DNA of 52,050 nt from an uncultured Bifidobacterium sp. (GCA_964490435.1 CAZBCF010000001.1:49734-101783); one strand, 5' to 3'. Positions 8,785 through 18,453 are shown, counted from the first letter of the stretch. A program made the numbers and translations. The notes: a model not told the origin generated them from the sequence alone.

Positions 8785-9903
8785 TTAGCGGGCTGAAATT
8801 GGAAGCCGCCTACCGGCAAGTGATGAGGTGCGCTTGATCAATTGGTCAGCGATGTCACGGAAAGCCTGGGTGGAACGATGTGCAGCATTCAGCGGTGTGC
8901 CGTTGTCGCCAGCCTCGCGAAGGGATGGGTCGAAGGGGATTTTGCCCAAGAGTGGCACGCTGCCACCGGTTAAACGCTCCAGTCGCGCGACGGTCTCCTC
9001 AGCGCCACCAGAACCGAAGAGCGAAATGGGCTCACCGCAATGTGGACAGGCAAAAGCCGACATGTTTTCGATTACACCCGCTAGTTGTTGTTTAAGTTGA
9101 TGAGCAAGTCGCCCTGCGCGCTCAGCAACTTCTGCAGCCGCGATTTGTGGTGTGGTCACGACAATCAATTCTGACCCTGGAATCAATTGGCCGAGTGAGA
9201 TTGCGATATCACCAGTACCCGGAGGAAGATCCAGAAGTAAGAAGTCCAGCTCACCCCAGAAAGCATCTGCCAATAATTGCTCGAGCACCTTGTGGAGAAT
9301 TGGTCCTCGATAAGCGACTGGATCCTCACGTTGTGGTTTGAACATCTCCATCGATGCCACTCGAATGCCACGGACATCTTCGGGCGGGATGAACGTGGTG
9401 TTATCAATCGCAGTCGGGCGCGCTCCAAGCATGCCCAAGATCCGAGGAATGGAGTGGCCATAGACATCGGCATCGAGGATTCCCACTCGTTGACCGCGGG
9501 CAGCAAGCGCGACGGCAAGATTCGCAGTCACAGAAGATTTACCCACCCCACCTTTACCGGAGGCAATTGCAAAAACTCGAGTCAACGAATCGGGGCGAGC
9601 AAAGGGAATGCTCTTTTCGTTTCCGCCACGGATTATTCGCTTTATCTCATTGCGTTGTTCATCGCTCATAACATCAAATTCGATCGTCACATTTTTGATG
9701 TTGGCGACACCAATGACTGCTCTTGAAATATCTTCGTGTAATCGATCTTTCATCGGACAGCCTGAGATCGTGAGATAAATCGCGATATTCGCAACATCTC
9801 GGACGATTTCGATGCTCTTAACCATGCCGAGTTCGGTTAGCGGTTTGCGTAACTCAGGATCGATTACGGTTGCCAGCGCCGCTCTGATTGCATCAACACT
9901 CAT
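8785..9903 (-). CDS. mrp: Mrp/ApbC (NBP35) Fe-S cluster carrier ATPase
   Basis: N-terminal DUF59 (VIDPEL...GCP), SGKGGVGKS, DADVYG, DLPPGTGD, ENMS..CPHC. Confidence 0.93.
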   Translation of the reverse strand: MSVDAIRAALATVIDPELRKPLTELGMVKSIEIVRDVANIAIYLTISGCPMKDRLHEDISRAVIGVANIKNVTIEFDVMSDEQRNEIKRIIRGGNEKSIPFARPDSLTRVFAIASGKGGVGKSSVTANLAVALAARGQRVGILDADVYGHSIPRILGMLGARPTAIDNTTFIPPEDVRGIRVASMEMFKPQREDPVAYRGPILHKVLEQLLADAFWGELDFLLLDLPPGTGDIAISLGQLIPGSELIVVTTPQIAAAEVAERAGRLAHQLKQQLAGVIENMSAFACPHCGEPISLFGSGGAEETVARLERLTGGSVPLLGKIPFDPSLREAGDNGTPLNAAHRSTQAFRDIADQLIKRTSSLAGRRLPISAR

Positions 9904-10196
9904 GGGAGTTGTGGGTCCTGCCGGACCGAGTTCTTGTCGAGGGTCGGTTCATCCTCAAGGACCTGACGCATCTGCTTTCTGATGAAAGATTTCGGATTGA
10001 GGTCGCTCACGTTGAGATCCTCGAACCCCGGCCCAAGATTCTCACGCAAATCGCTGGTCGCTGATTGAGCAAAACCTCTGACTTTGCGAATGAAGCGCGC
10101 AGCATCAGCAGCGAATGTTGGTAGTTTGCTCGGCCCGACCAACAGGAGCGCTACAAGGGCCAACCCAAGTAATTCTCCAGCGCCAATATCAAGCAT
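9900..10196 (-). CDS. tatB: Twin-arginine translocase subunit TatB
   Basis: MLDIGAGEL...VGPSKLP amphipathic helix, DLNPKSFIR; between htrA and mrp. Confidence 0.85.
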   Translation of the reverse strand: MLDIGAGELLGLALVALLLVGPSKLPTFAADAARFIRKVRGFAQSATSDLRENLGPGFEDLNVSDLNPKSFIRKQMRQVLEDEPTLDKNSVRQDPQLP

Positions 10197-10211
10197 TTCA
10201 CCATCGTAACG

Positions 10212-11408
10212 CTATTGCGCTGCAGCGACCAACGTCGCCTTGAACACCTTAGTTAAACCTTCGCGTTTCACGGTGACCGAAACCTTGTCGCCAGGAGCCT
10301 TGTCCCGAATGGCAACGATCAATTCATCGGAATTGGTGATAGTTCGACCACCAAGATCGATGATGATGTCGCCTTCTTGGATGCCGGCCTGCTCGGCAGG
10401 ACCGCCCGGAGTGAGCGCACTCACAAGCGCCCCGCCATCGGTGTATGTCGTGTCGACCGAGACGCCCAAGATCGGATATGACGACTTGCCTGTCTTGATG
10501 AGTTCTTCAGCAGTTCGTCGAGCTTGATTGATAGGAATCGCAAAGCCCAAACCTATCGAGCCTGACTGTCCGTTGAATGAGGAATCGAGCGTTGCAATCG
10601 CAGAGTTAACTCCGACAACTGCGCCCGTTCGATCAACTAATGGCCCACCAGAATTTCCTGGATTAATCGCAGCATCAGTCTGAAGCGCATTGATGAATGA
10701 ACCTTCGCCCCGACCATCACCTGCAGTGACAGCGCGATTCTTCGCGCTGATGATTCCGGATGTAACGGTGCCAGAGAGTCCAAGGGGTGAACCAATCGCA
10801 ATCACGGTGTCGCCCACTTGAACGTTGTCACTATTTCCTAGTTGGAGCGCTGGCACGCCGGTGCGCGTCACTTTGATGACTGCAAGATCGTATGCAGGAT
10901 TGACGCCCACAATCTTCCCGCGCACTACTTTACCGTCGTTGAACGAAACGTTCAGTTGACCACCGTTAACCACGTTCTCGACGACGTGATTATTGGTCAG
11001 AATGTATCCGTCAGAACGAATGACAAAGCCAGTGCCTGTGCCGCCGCTGCCACGAGAGCGAGTAGAGATAGAGACAACTGATGGCAGGACCCGCGATGCA
11101 ATTGCCGCAATCGACTCCGGAGCGCGCTCGACGACATCGTTGGTCGTGACCAGACTTACCTTCGTATCAAGAAGCGATGAACCATCGGCGAGATTTCCGG
11201 CGATGCCACCGATTGCGCCGGCAATCAACGCCATCCCCACTGCTAATCCCACGCTTACTCGAGCCCCGCGAACACCTTTGCCTCGACTATTCGCCTCGCG
11301 GTCTGGAAAGGGCTGGGCGCTTGGGGGTAGGTAGAAATTCTGCTGCGGGTTCGGCGGCTGGTTATGCCCATATCTGGCAGCCGGTGACCACCACTCAGGT
11401 TGACTCAT
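10212..11408 (-). CDS. htrA: HtrA-family (S1C) serine protease with PDZ domain
   Basis: TM helix, TNNHVV, DLAV, QTDAAINPGNSGG, C-terminal PDZ. Confidence 0.93.
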   Translation of the reverse strand: MSQPEWWSPAARYGHNQPPNPQQNFYLPPSAQPFPDREANSRGKGVRGARVSVGLAVGMALIAGAIGGIAGNLADGSSLLDTKVSLVTTNDVVERAPESIAAIASRVLPSVVSISTRSRGSGGTGTGFVIRSDGYILTNNHVVENVVNGGQLNVSFNDGKVVRGKIVGVNPAYDLAVIKVTRTGVPALQLGNSDNVQVGDTVIAIGSPLGLSGTVTSGIISAKNRAVTAGDGRGEGSFINALQTDAAINPGNSGGPLVDRTGAVVGVNSAIATLDSSFNGQSGSIGLGFAIPINQARRTAEELIKTGKSSYPILGVSVDTTYTDGGALVSALTPGGPAEQAGIQEGDIIIDLGGRTITNSDELIVAIRDKAPGDKVSVTVKREGLTKVFKATLVAAAQ

Positions 11409-11481
11409 ATCACAATCACTTTCTCTCGAGCGCTCTACTTGTTTACTACTACCGAGGATTGCCCCAGAATTCCAAAGAATC

Positions 11482-11498
11482 CTGAGAGCGCGCTGAAT
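11482..11498 (-). promoter_or_regulatory. Putative MprA/OmpR-type direct-repeat box upstream of htrA
   Basis: Minus strand ATTCAG-N5-TCTCAG, matching the TCTCAG-N5-TCTCAG style box. Confidence 0.4.
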
Positions 11499-11537
11499 TT
11501 CCCCCTAAACCTAAGCCAGAATCCCCGCACTCGCCAT

Positions 11538-12179
11538 TTATCTTTTTACGGCGAGAAAGAGGCCATCGCCAAGTCCGACCAACGAACAGGTCCAACGTTC
11601 CCGATCTGCGCGCAAATTTCGTAATAACTCGCGACGCATTACCGTCACCTCATCGCGCTGTGCCAAATCTGCGACTTTCCCACCGTGAAGAGCGTGCACT
11701 AAAACACAGACGCCACCTGGGCGAAGTATTCGATAGGCGTGCTCAATCAGATTACTACTCTCTTCTGAGTATTCACGAACGACGACCATGTCATAACCTG
11801 CATCAGTCAATTTGCTCAAAATGTCGTATGGCGCGCCATGGATTAGTCGAACGCGCTGTGCAGAGATTCCCATCTCCTCAGTAGCCTCTCGAGCAAGTTG
11901 AACATGCTCTGCCTCTGCATCGATTGAGGTAAGCGTGCCATGCTCGCCCATTCCATCGGCCAGCCAAAGCGTGCCTACCCCAGTTCCCGTTCCCAACTCC
12001 ACAATATTGCGGGCAGATAGTGCACGGGCAAGCGTCTGCATGAATGCTCCAGTTCCTGGAGATGGCTCATCACTGCCCAATTCGATTCCACGATTGCGCG
12101 CGCTCTGAATCTCTAACTCTTCGACGATAAAACTTTCGATGAACTCACCCGTACGCTCGTTCATAACGACTGCAACCAT
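11538..12179 (-). CDS. SAM-dependent O-methyltransferase (Rv1220c-like)
   Basis: VELGTGTGVG motif I, LTSID, ILRPGG, GLGDGL; conserved position. Confidence 0.85.
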   Translation of the reverse strand: MVAVVMNERTGEFIESFIVEELEIQSARNRGIELGSDEPSPGTGAFMQTLARALSARNIVELGTGTGVGTLWLADGMGEHGTLTSIDAEAEHVQLAREATEEMGISAQRVRLIHGAPYDILSKLTDAGYDMVVVREYSEESSNLIEHAYRILRPGGVCVLVHALHGGKVADLAQRDEVTVMRRELLRNLRADRERWTCSLVGLGDGLFLAVKR

Positions 12180-13666
12180 TCGGTCAATAGCCTTACACCA
12201 AATCCAGTGCCACCTTTGGGATTCTCACCTGAATCAGAATCACTTCGCCCCACCCCTGCGATATCGAAGTGAACCCACTTCACTCCCGAACTACCTTGAA
12301 CGAATCTCTCAAGAAACAAAGCGGCCGTGATTGAACCGCCACCCACGCTCGGTTTCGTCGCGATGTTCTTGAAATCAGCAATATTCGAGCGAAGGCTCGG
12401 TGCGTACTCATCGACCAGTGGCATATGCCAAACGCGATCACCAGAACGCTCCCCCGCCTTGGCGAACGTATTGGCGAGCGCACTATCGCGGGTGTACATC
12501 GCTGCATAGTGACGACTTAGCCCAAGAGTTGCTGCACCTGTCAAAGTGGCAACATCGATGAGGTAATCAGGGCTCAATCTTTCGAGGGCATACCCCAAAC
12601 CATCGGCGAGCACCAACCTACCCTCAGCATCAGTATCGATCACTTCGACTGTCTGTCCGTCGAAGTGGGTAATGACATCCGATGGGCGTTGTGAGGTAGC
12701 GGCGAGCAGATTCTCTGCGCACATCAGAAGTCCGGTGATGCGAAGGTTGAGATTAAGTTGTGCTGCAGCACGGATCGTGCCCAATACCGCTGCCGCGCCT
12801 GCCATATCACTCTTCATCGGAACCATATGTTCATAAGGTCGTTTGAGCGATACGCCGCCAGTATCGAACATGATGCCCTTACCCACGAGCACGATATGTG
12901 GCACGTTTCGCTTTCGTCCGTTGTAACTAATCTCGATAACCGCTGGTGGACGCTTTGGCGACGAGTTACCAACTGCAGTCAACCCACCGAACCTTGCTAA
13001 TGCTTTGGCCCCTTGGTGCACAGTGATCGCAATAGGAAACTTGGTGAGGGCGCGTTTTGCCTGTGCAGCCATCCATTGCGGACTCTTTATATTCGATGGT
13101 GTATGAATCAGGTCGCGAGCGAGTAAAGCGCCTTCAAGCATTGCTTGGGCTAGCTCCAGATCAAACTCCCTGATTAAAGTGAAAGTGGGAGCCACCTTGA
13201 TCGGATTGGCAGCGCTGATCTTGAATTGATATGCGGCTAATGCCATCGCGAGGGCATGCGCTCTAGTGAGCTCGCCTTTACCGCCACATAGCGAGGCGCA
13301 TTTCTTAGACGTGCCACGGAGTTTTCGACCCACCGCGCTCCCGGCTTTGACGAGATCCGCGCGATTTCCCGCACCAATACCGACCAAGAGAATCGCACTC
13401 ATCTTGTCGATCGAGACCGGCAGTTCAAAGAGTTCGCCGGGTTTACCCGTTAACTTGTGGCGCGCTATGACTTCATTGAGGTCAATTCCACTCTTGGCGT
13501 GTAGACGCTTAAGTACGGTGCGCACCTCGGCGCCTGCTTCTAGTGATACGCGCACTAAATCACCGCTCTTTGGGAGTGATTCACTTCGAGTCGGGATTAC
13601 TAAAACATCAACGGTGCGCAACGTCGCCGAGGTAAACGCAGTTATTCGAGGATGATGTGCGGGCAC
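12161..13666 (-). CDS. pepA: M17 leucyl aminopeptidase
   Basis: VGKGIMFDTGG, MKSDMAG, DTDAEGRLVLAD, ATLTGA, HFDIAG. Confidence 0.9.
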   Translation of the reverse strand: MPAHHPRITAFTSATLRTVDVLVIPTRSESLPKSGDLVRVSLEAGAEVRTVLKRLHAKSGIDLNEVIARHKLTGKPGELFELPVSIDKMSAILLVGIGAGNRADLVKAGSAVGRKLRGTSKKCASLCGGKGELTRAHALAMALAAYQFKISAANPIKVAPTFTLIREFDLELAQAMLEGALLARDLIHTPSNIKSPQWMAAQAKRALTKFPIAITVHQGAKALARFGGLTAVGNSSPKRPPAVIEISYNGRKRNVPHIVLVGKGIMFDTGGVSLKRPYEHMVPMKSDMAGAAAVLGTIRAAAQLNLNLRITGLLMCAENLLAATSQRPSDVITHFDGQTVEVIDTDAEGRLVLADGLGYALERLSPDYLIDVATLTGAATLGLSRHYAAMYTRDSALANTFAKAGERSGDRVWHMPLVDEYAPSLRSNIADFKNIATKPSVGGGSITAALFLERFVQGSSGVKWVHFDIAGVGRSDSDSGENPKGGTGFGVRLLTEWLQSL

Positions 13667-13685
13667 GACCTAACCGTAGCGCCTC

Positions 13686-14903
13686 TCATTCTCGTATCAA
13701 GCGAAAGAGCGCGACACCGATCAAACCGCTCAAGAGAGAGCCAGCCATCACAGCGGTAACGGCGAGGTCCTGCAGGGCGGTCTCGGTGAATGCGAGTTTT
13801 GCGATGAATATCGCCACAGTGAACCCGATGCCAGCGGTGCTGCCGACTGCAACGAGCGCGCGGTTGCGAATCTGTGTCGGTAACTCTGCTAAGCCCGCCG
13901 CGACTGCGCCTTTTGCAGCGACGAATATGCCAAGGGGTTTGCCGATAGCTAAACCAGCGACGATGCCCCACGCAATCGGCGAGGTGAGCGCAGCATTAAG
14001 TGCGGCCGCATTCAATTGTACTCCGGAGTTTGCGAATGCGAATATTGGCACGACCACGTATGCAGACAACCCATGGAGATTTCCCTCAAGCTTCTCGACA
14101 AGCGTCAAGGTGCCATCCTCGACATCCTCTAAATGCTCGTATTTGCCGCCAGACAAGACTGTTGCTGGGGTCATCAAACCCATGATCACCCCCGCAAGAG
14201 TGGGATGCACACCCGCCTTATAGAGACTGAACCAGAGCAAGATGCCAACAATCGCGTAAACATAAGTTCGCATCACACCAATCTTTTGCAACACCAATAC
14301 AGCAAGAATTGCACCAAGGGCTGCTAGTAACCAAGAAAAAACTGCTCCAGCAGAAAAAACAAGTGCGATGATGATGATTGCGCCAATGTCGTCGATGACT
14401 GCAAGTGCCAACAGGAATGACTTCAGCCCATCAGTCGCGCGCGCACCCATCAAAGCAAGAATTCCTACGGCGAGTGCGATATCGGTTGCAACCGGAATGG
14501 CCCATCCTTCGGGGGCGGTTCCCCCAGCAATCGCAAGATAGATCAATGCTGGAACCGCCATACCACCTACTGCTGCAAAAAATGGGGCCGCTGCCCGTCG
14601 AAGATTTGCCAGATGCCCCGAAGTCAACTCACGTTTGATTTCTAGACCGACTACGAAAAAGAAGATTGTCATCAAACCGTAGTTGATTACCGTGAGGATG
14701 GTCAGTTCGAGGTCAAGATCAATAGGACCAATTGGATCAATAGATTGAAGTGAGATGGAGAAATCTAGAATCCGAAAATAGTGATCGGCTAGGGGAGAGT
14801 TTGCGATGAGCAAACCTAGAGCCGCTGCAGCAAGTAGAAGTATTCCCGAAGAGCTCTCCCGCTCGAGAAAATCTCGAAACGGTGCGAATCTATTTCTTGA
14901 CAA
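13686..14903 (-). CDS. nhaA: Na+/H+ antiporter NhaA
   Basis: FFFVVGLEIKRE, GWAIPVATDIA, LAVIDD, GVHPTLAG, GKPLG, GIGFT. Confidence 0.95.
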   Translation of the reverse strand: MSRNRFAPFRDFLERESSSGILLLAAAALGLLIANSPLADHYFRILDFSISLQSIDPIGPIDLDLELTILTVINYGLMTIFFFVVGLEIKRELTSGHLANLRRAAAPFFAAVGGMAVPALIYLAIAGGTAPEGWAIPVATDIALAVGILALMGARATDGLKSFLLALAVIDDIGAIIIIALVFSAGAVFSWLLAALGAILAVLVLQKIGVMRTYVYAIVGILLWFSLYKAGVHPTLAGVIMGLMTPATVLSGGKYEHLEDVEDGTLTLVEKLEGNLHGLSAYVVVPIFAFANSGVQLNAAALNAALTSPIAWGIVAGLAIGKPLGIFVAAKGAVAAGLAELPTQIRNRALVAVGSTAGIGFTVAIFIAKLAFTETALQDLAVTAVMAGSLLSGLIGVALFRLIRE

Positions 14904-15069
14904 GCGCTACGGCAGCAGAGAGGCACTCTGAGAGGCGATTGGCTTCATCTGCATTGAGTTCGACAACCAAGCGGCCGCCACCTTCGAGCGGCACCCGCAT
15001 CACCAAACTGCGATTCTCCTTGGTGACTTCCATTGGTCCATCACCAGTGCGGGGCTTCATGGCTGCCAT
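14890..15069 (-). CDS. DUF3117 family protein
   Basis: MAAMKPRTGDGPMEVTKE...RVPLEGGGRLVVEL signature. Confidence 0.92.
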   Translation of the reverse strand: MAAMKPRTGDGPMEVTKENRSLVMRVPLEGGGRLVVELNADEANRLSECLSAAVALVKK

Positions 15070-15076
15070 TCGAGAA

Positions 15077-15289
15077 TTATCTCGCACCTTCGCCAGCCTG
15101 GGAAATTAGGACGGCAATTCGGGCCCGACCCCGCTCCAGTACTACAGATACCGCTCGCTCCGGGACCGATAAGAGACCGGCTATCTCAGGGATGGAGCGG
15201 CGCTGGAGATAGACGAGGGTGAGGATGGTGCGCTCCTCTTCGGGTAGGCGCTTCAACAACTCTACGAAGGGGCTCGTATCGGCGCTCAT
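15077..15289 (-). CDS. Small sigma-70 region-4-like HTH protein
   Basis: LKRLPEEERTILTLVY...SIPEIAGLLSVPERAVSVVLERGR fits sigma region 4; TACCTT -10 seven nt before the ATG. Confidence 0.72.
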   Translation of the reverse strand: MSADTSPFVELLKRLPEEERTILTLVYLQRRSIPEIAGLLSVPERAVSVVLERGRARIAVLISQAGEGAR

Positions 15290-15331
15290 AAAGGTGAAGG
15301 TACCCCCAAACCTTTGTAAATCCTTGGGGCG

Positions 15332-15784
15332 TTAACCCGAGGTTGCGCGAGCGAGCTGGCGCGCAAAGCGGCGCAGGCTCAGCCACACCCCAATCGCCAG
15401 GCCAGGCTTGGCCACGATTGCGAACGCCCCAGAGAGCTCCTCGTTCCAGGTAAACCGGGTCTGCTCTGGGCCAATGGCTTCAAGGTGGAAGAAACCGCTA
15501 CCCCGCAGCCACCGTCCGTAGTGGAGAACCTCACACCGATGCGGCGGCTCCCACGCAGTCACCTCCATCAAATCCCAAATGCCAAGCCACCCTCGCTGGA
15601 CAAACGCGCCGGTGAATGCCGCGATCTTGGTGCCGACCCCATTGTGATCTTCGATGACATCAACTCGCGTTGCAAGCATCCATTCACCCTGCGCTGGCCA
15701 ATCTGCAATAGCAGCCCAGACGCGTTCGACCGGCGCTTGAAAGGTCAACGTGAACTCAAGTTTTATTTCGCACCATCCGAACAT
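15332..15784 (-). CDS. SRPBCC/START-domain protein
   Basis: APVERVWAAIADW..QGEWML, VTAWEPP.R, TRFTW.E; start uncertain. Confidence 0.8.
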   Translation of the reverse strand: MFGWCEIKLEFTLTFQAPVERVWAAIADWPAQGEWMLATRVDVIEDHNGVGTKIAAFTGAFVQRGWLGIWDLMEVTAWEPPHRCEVLHYGRWLRGSGFFHLEAIGPEQTRFTWNEELSGAFAIVAKPGLAIGVWLSLRRFARQLARATSG

Positions 15785-16985
15785 CGCGCACCGAGAGCGC
15801 AGTTAGCGTTGCCATCAATACTAAACCGGCAAGAAGGTAGAGCGCATTTTTTGTTCCGATGTGTTCGGCAAGTGGGCCGATGAAGATAAGTCCGATGGGC
15901 GCTAACGCGTATGAACCTAAGGCATCGTAAGAGATGACGCGTGAATATGACTCTTCTGGAATGTTGTGCTGCATCGATGTACTCCAGGCGACGTAGAAGA
16001 TCTCAATAGCCACGCCCGCGAAGAAGGCCATGGCTATCGGAATCCAAATCTCGGAGGCGAGGGTAATCGAGAAGATCCATGCGCTCATAAAGAGCATCGG
16101 GGTGATGCCATACACCAGCGGCTTACTCAACGAGAAGCGAAGTAGTGCTACCCCCGTGACGATCATGCCAATCGTTGATACTGCCAGGATCAAAGACCAC
16201 TCCCGCGGCCCGTATCCGCTCTCCTTAGTAGCCAACGGGCCAAGTACTCCAAGAGTCGACTCATACGCGAGATTGATGAATGTGAATGCGACCACGACTG
16301 AGACCACCCACTTGCGCGCGATAAATTCACGCCATCCCTCACGAAGTTGATGGAACATCGTTCCACTCTCTTCACGAACGATGCGTGGCAGATCGAGCGA
16401 CCAAACCAAGATTCCGGCGATGAAGAATGAGAGCGCATCGACTGCCAAAGCCCATCCAGAGCCAGCAAAAGCAACTAATACCCCACCAAGTAGCGCGCCG
16501 CCGGTGTATCCAAAATTGGTAAGTAACCCAATCACGCTATTGCCGCGCTGCAATTGATCCTTAGGGAGAATCTCGGGGAGCACCCCCGAGAAGGCTGGCC
16601 ACCAAAGCGCATTCAAGAATCCAAAGAGCGCTCCCATGACACACAAAAGCGGAATCGAAACGAAACCAAAGATGAAACTCGTTGCGCTCACCATGACAAA
16701 AGCGCTACCGATGATGTCTGTTCCGCCAACAATCCTGTTTCGTTTATATCGATCGCCAACGACCCCTCCGAATAACATAAAGAGGAGCAGTGGAATCATT
16801 TGCGAGCCAAGAACCAGACTAAGTTGCGAGGCAGAACCGTTTGGTAGTCCAAGTACTCCAAACGAGAGCGCTATCGGCTTGATGCCATTGCCGACATTTG
16901 AGATGAATCGAGCCACTGCTAATTTTTTGAATCCCGAATAACTCCCAAGCGCTCGAATATCCGCACTAATAGTTGATGCAGGCAT
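15756..16985 (-). CDS. MFS transporter (DHA3-like)
   Basis: About 12 TM segments, GGVVGDRYKR motif A, LREGW loop; start refined to 16985. Confidence 0.88.
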   Translation of the reverse strand: MPASTISADIRALGSYSGFKKLAVARFISNVGNGIKPIALSFGVLGLPNGSASQLSLVLGSQMIPLLLFMLFGGVVGDRYKRNRIVGGTDIIGSAFVMVSATSFIFGFVSIPLLCVMGALFGFLNALWWPAFSGVLPEILPKDQLQRGNSVIGLLTNFGYTGGALLGGVLVAFAGSGWALAVDALSFFIAGILVWSLDLPRIVREESGTMFHQLREGWREFIARKWVVSVVVAFTFINLAYESTLGVLGPLATKESGYGPREWSLILAVSTIGMIVTGVALLRFSLSKPLVYGITPMLFMSAWIFSITLASEIWIPIAMAFFAGVAIEIFYVAWSTSMQHNIPEESYSRVISYDALGSYALAPIGLIFIGPLAEHIGTKNALYLLAGLVLMATLTALSVRDVRMVRNKT

Positions 16986-17502
16986 CGAGCGCTTCTTCGA
17001 CAGAGGTTGTCCAGATGATGTCTCCGAGTTGACCAGGTTTGAGGAAATTCTCTTGGGCAAGATAGTCAATCAAATCTCTGAGCGGCTTATAAAAACCCTT
17101 GGGATCCAAGATGATGACAGGTTTCTTATGGAAGCCAAGCGACCTTCCTACCCAGATCTCGAAGAACTCCTCCATCGTGCCAGCCCCGCCAGGTAGGGTG
17201 ATGAATGCATCAGCAAATTGATCAAGGAGCGCCTTGCGAACGCGCATGTCATCCACTACATGCAATTCGGTTGCTTGATGATCGGCGAACTCATATTCAG
17301 CAAGGCGTTGTGGGATCACACCGATGGTCTCGCCACCCAACTCACGACAGGCTCGTGAGACTGCCCCCATCATCGAAATCTGGCCGCCGCCCCACACCAA
17401 CGACCACTGTCTTCGCGCGATGGCTGCGCCAACCTCTCCGGCTAATTCGATATGTTCCGGAGCGATATTTTCTGATGCTGAGCAGTAAACCGCGATATGC
17501 AC
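16966..17502 (-). CDS. LOG-family nucleotide phosphoribohydrolase (TIGR00730-like)
   Basis: IAVYCSAS, LVWGGG, MRVRK, PGGAGTMEE. Confidence 0.92.
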   Translation of the reverse strand: MHIAVYCSASENIAPEHIELAGEVGAAIARRQWSLVWGGGQISMMGAVSRACRELGGETIGVIPQRLAEYEFADHQATELHVVDDMRVRKALLDQFADAFITLPGGAGTMEEFFEIWVGRSLGFHKKPVIILDPKGFYKPLRDLIDYLAQENFLKPGQLGDIIWTTSVEEALDACINY

Positions 17503-17538
17503 CCGCTCAGGATACGGGGAAAGCGGTACGGTTTACTC

Positions 17539-18453
17539 ATGGTGATGGCATCGGGCGTTGGATTAGCAACGGTTGCGGCAAATGGCACCGTTCTTGATAC
17601 GTGGTTTCCACAGCCAACGCTCAGCCCGCTTATGCAGGGCAAACATCCTGACCTTGGCCCACTTCAGATGTCAGATGATGATCGAAAAGTCACCCGAAAA
17701 ATCGTCGAGATCGAGATTGATATCGAAAATCCACCAGCCAGCACGATTGATGTATATCTACGGCTGCACTTGCTCTCGCACCGACTCGTCAAGCCACATG
17801 GTCAATCCCTCGAAGGTATCTTCGGATTACTACCGAATGTCATCTGGACTTCATGTGGTCCCTGCCTCAATGAAGAGTTCGAGAGTACACGCGCTGCACT
17901 GATGAAGCGTGGCCAAGTCATCGTGTACGGAGTAGACAAGTTCCCACGAATGGTTGATTACGTTATCCCTAGTGGTGTTCGAATCGCTGATGCCGATCGA
18001 GTTCGATTAGGCGCCTATCTCTCGAGTGGCACCACTGTCATGCATGAAGGGTTTGTAAATTTCAATGCCGGAACGCTTGGTGCATCTATGGTTGAAGGAC
18101 GCATCTCGGCTGGAGTGGTCGTCGGTGACGGTTCAGACATCGGTGGCGGCGCATCGATTATGGGCACGCTCTCTGGTGGTGGTAAAGAAGTTATCTCGAT
18201 TGGCGAGAAGACCCTGCTCGGCGCTAACTCTGGACTTGGAATCTCGCTCGGAAATAATTGCGTGGTCGAAGCAGGTTTGTATCTCACTGCAGCATCCAAA
18301 GTCGAACTTCCCGATGGCCACATCATCAAAGCAAAAGAATTGTCAGGCGCTCACAACCTGCTCTTTCGCAGAAACTCCCGGAGTGGTGCGATCGAAGCAC
18401 TGGCAAAAGAGGGTAGTTGGGGCGGCTTGAACTCGGTGTTACACGCTAACTGA
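17539..18453 (+). CDS. dapD: Tetrahydrodipicolinate N-succinyltransferase
   Basis: YLRLHLLSHRL, VDKFPRMVDYV, GVRIADADRVRLGA, MHEGFVNFNAGT, LFRRNS. Confidence 0.95.
   Translation: MVMASGVGLATVAANGTVLDTWFPQPTLSPLMQGKHPDLGPLQMSDDDRKVTRKIVEIEIDIENPPASTIDVYLRLHLLSHRLVKPHGQSLEGIFGLLPNVIWTSCGPCLNEEFESTRAALMKRGQVIVYGVDKFPRMVDYVIPSGVRIADADRVRLGAYLSSGTTVMHEGFVNFNAGTLGASMVEGRISAGVVVGDGSDIGGGASIMGTLSGGGKEVISIGEKTLLGANSGLGISLGNNCVVEAGLYLTAASKVELPDGHIIKAKELSGAHNLLFRRNSRSGAIEALAKEGSWGGLNSVLHAN

Noticed and set aside
12161-13666. DTDAEGRL instead of NTDAEGRL in the aminopeptidase
   Set aside because: All metal-binding Lys/Asp/Glu residues are retained; likely a tolerated variant
15290-15334. SRPBCC stop codon in frame with the sigma4 ORF (possible readthrough fusion)
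   Set aside because: TAA is rarely read through, and the sigma4 gene has its own promoter-like element
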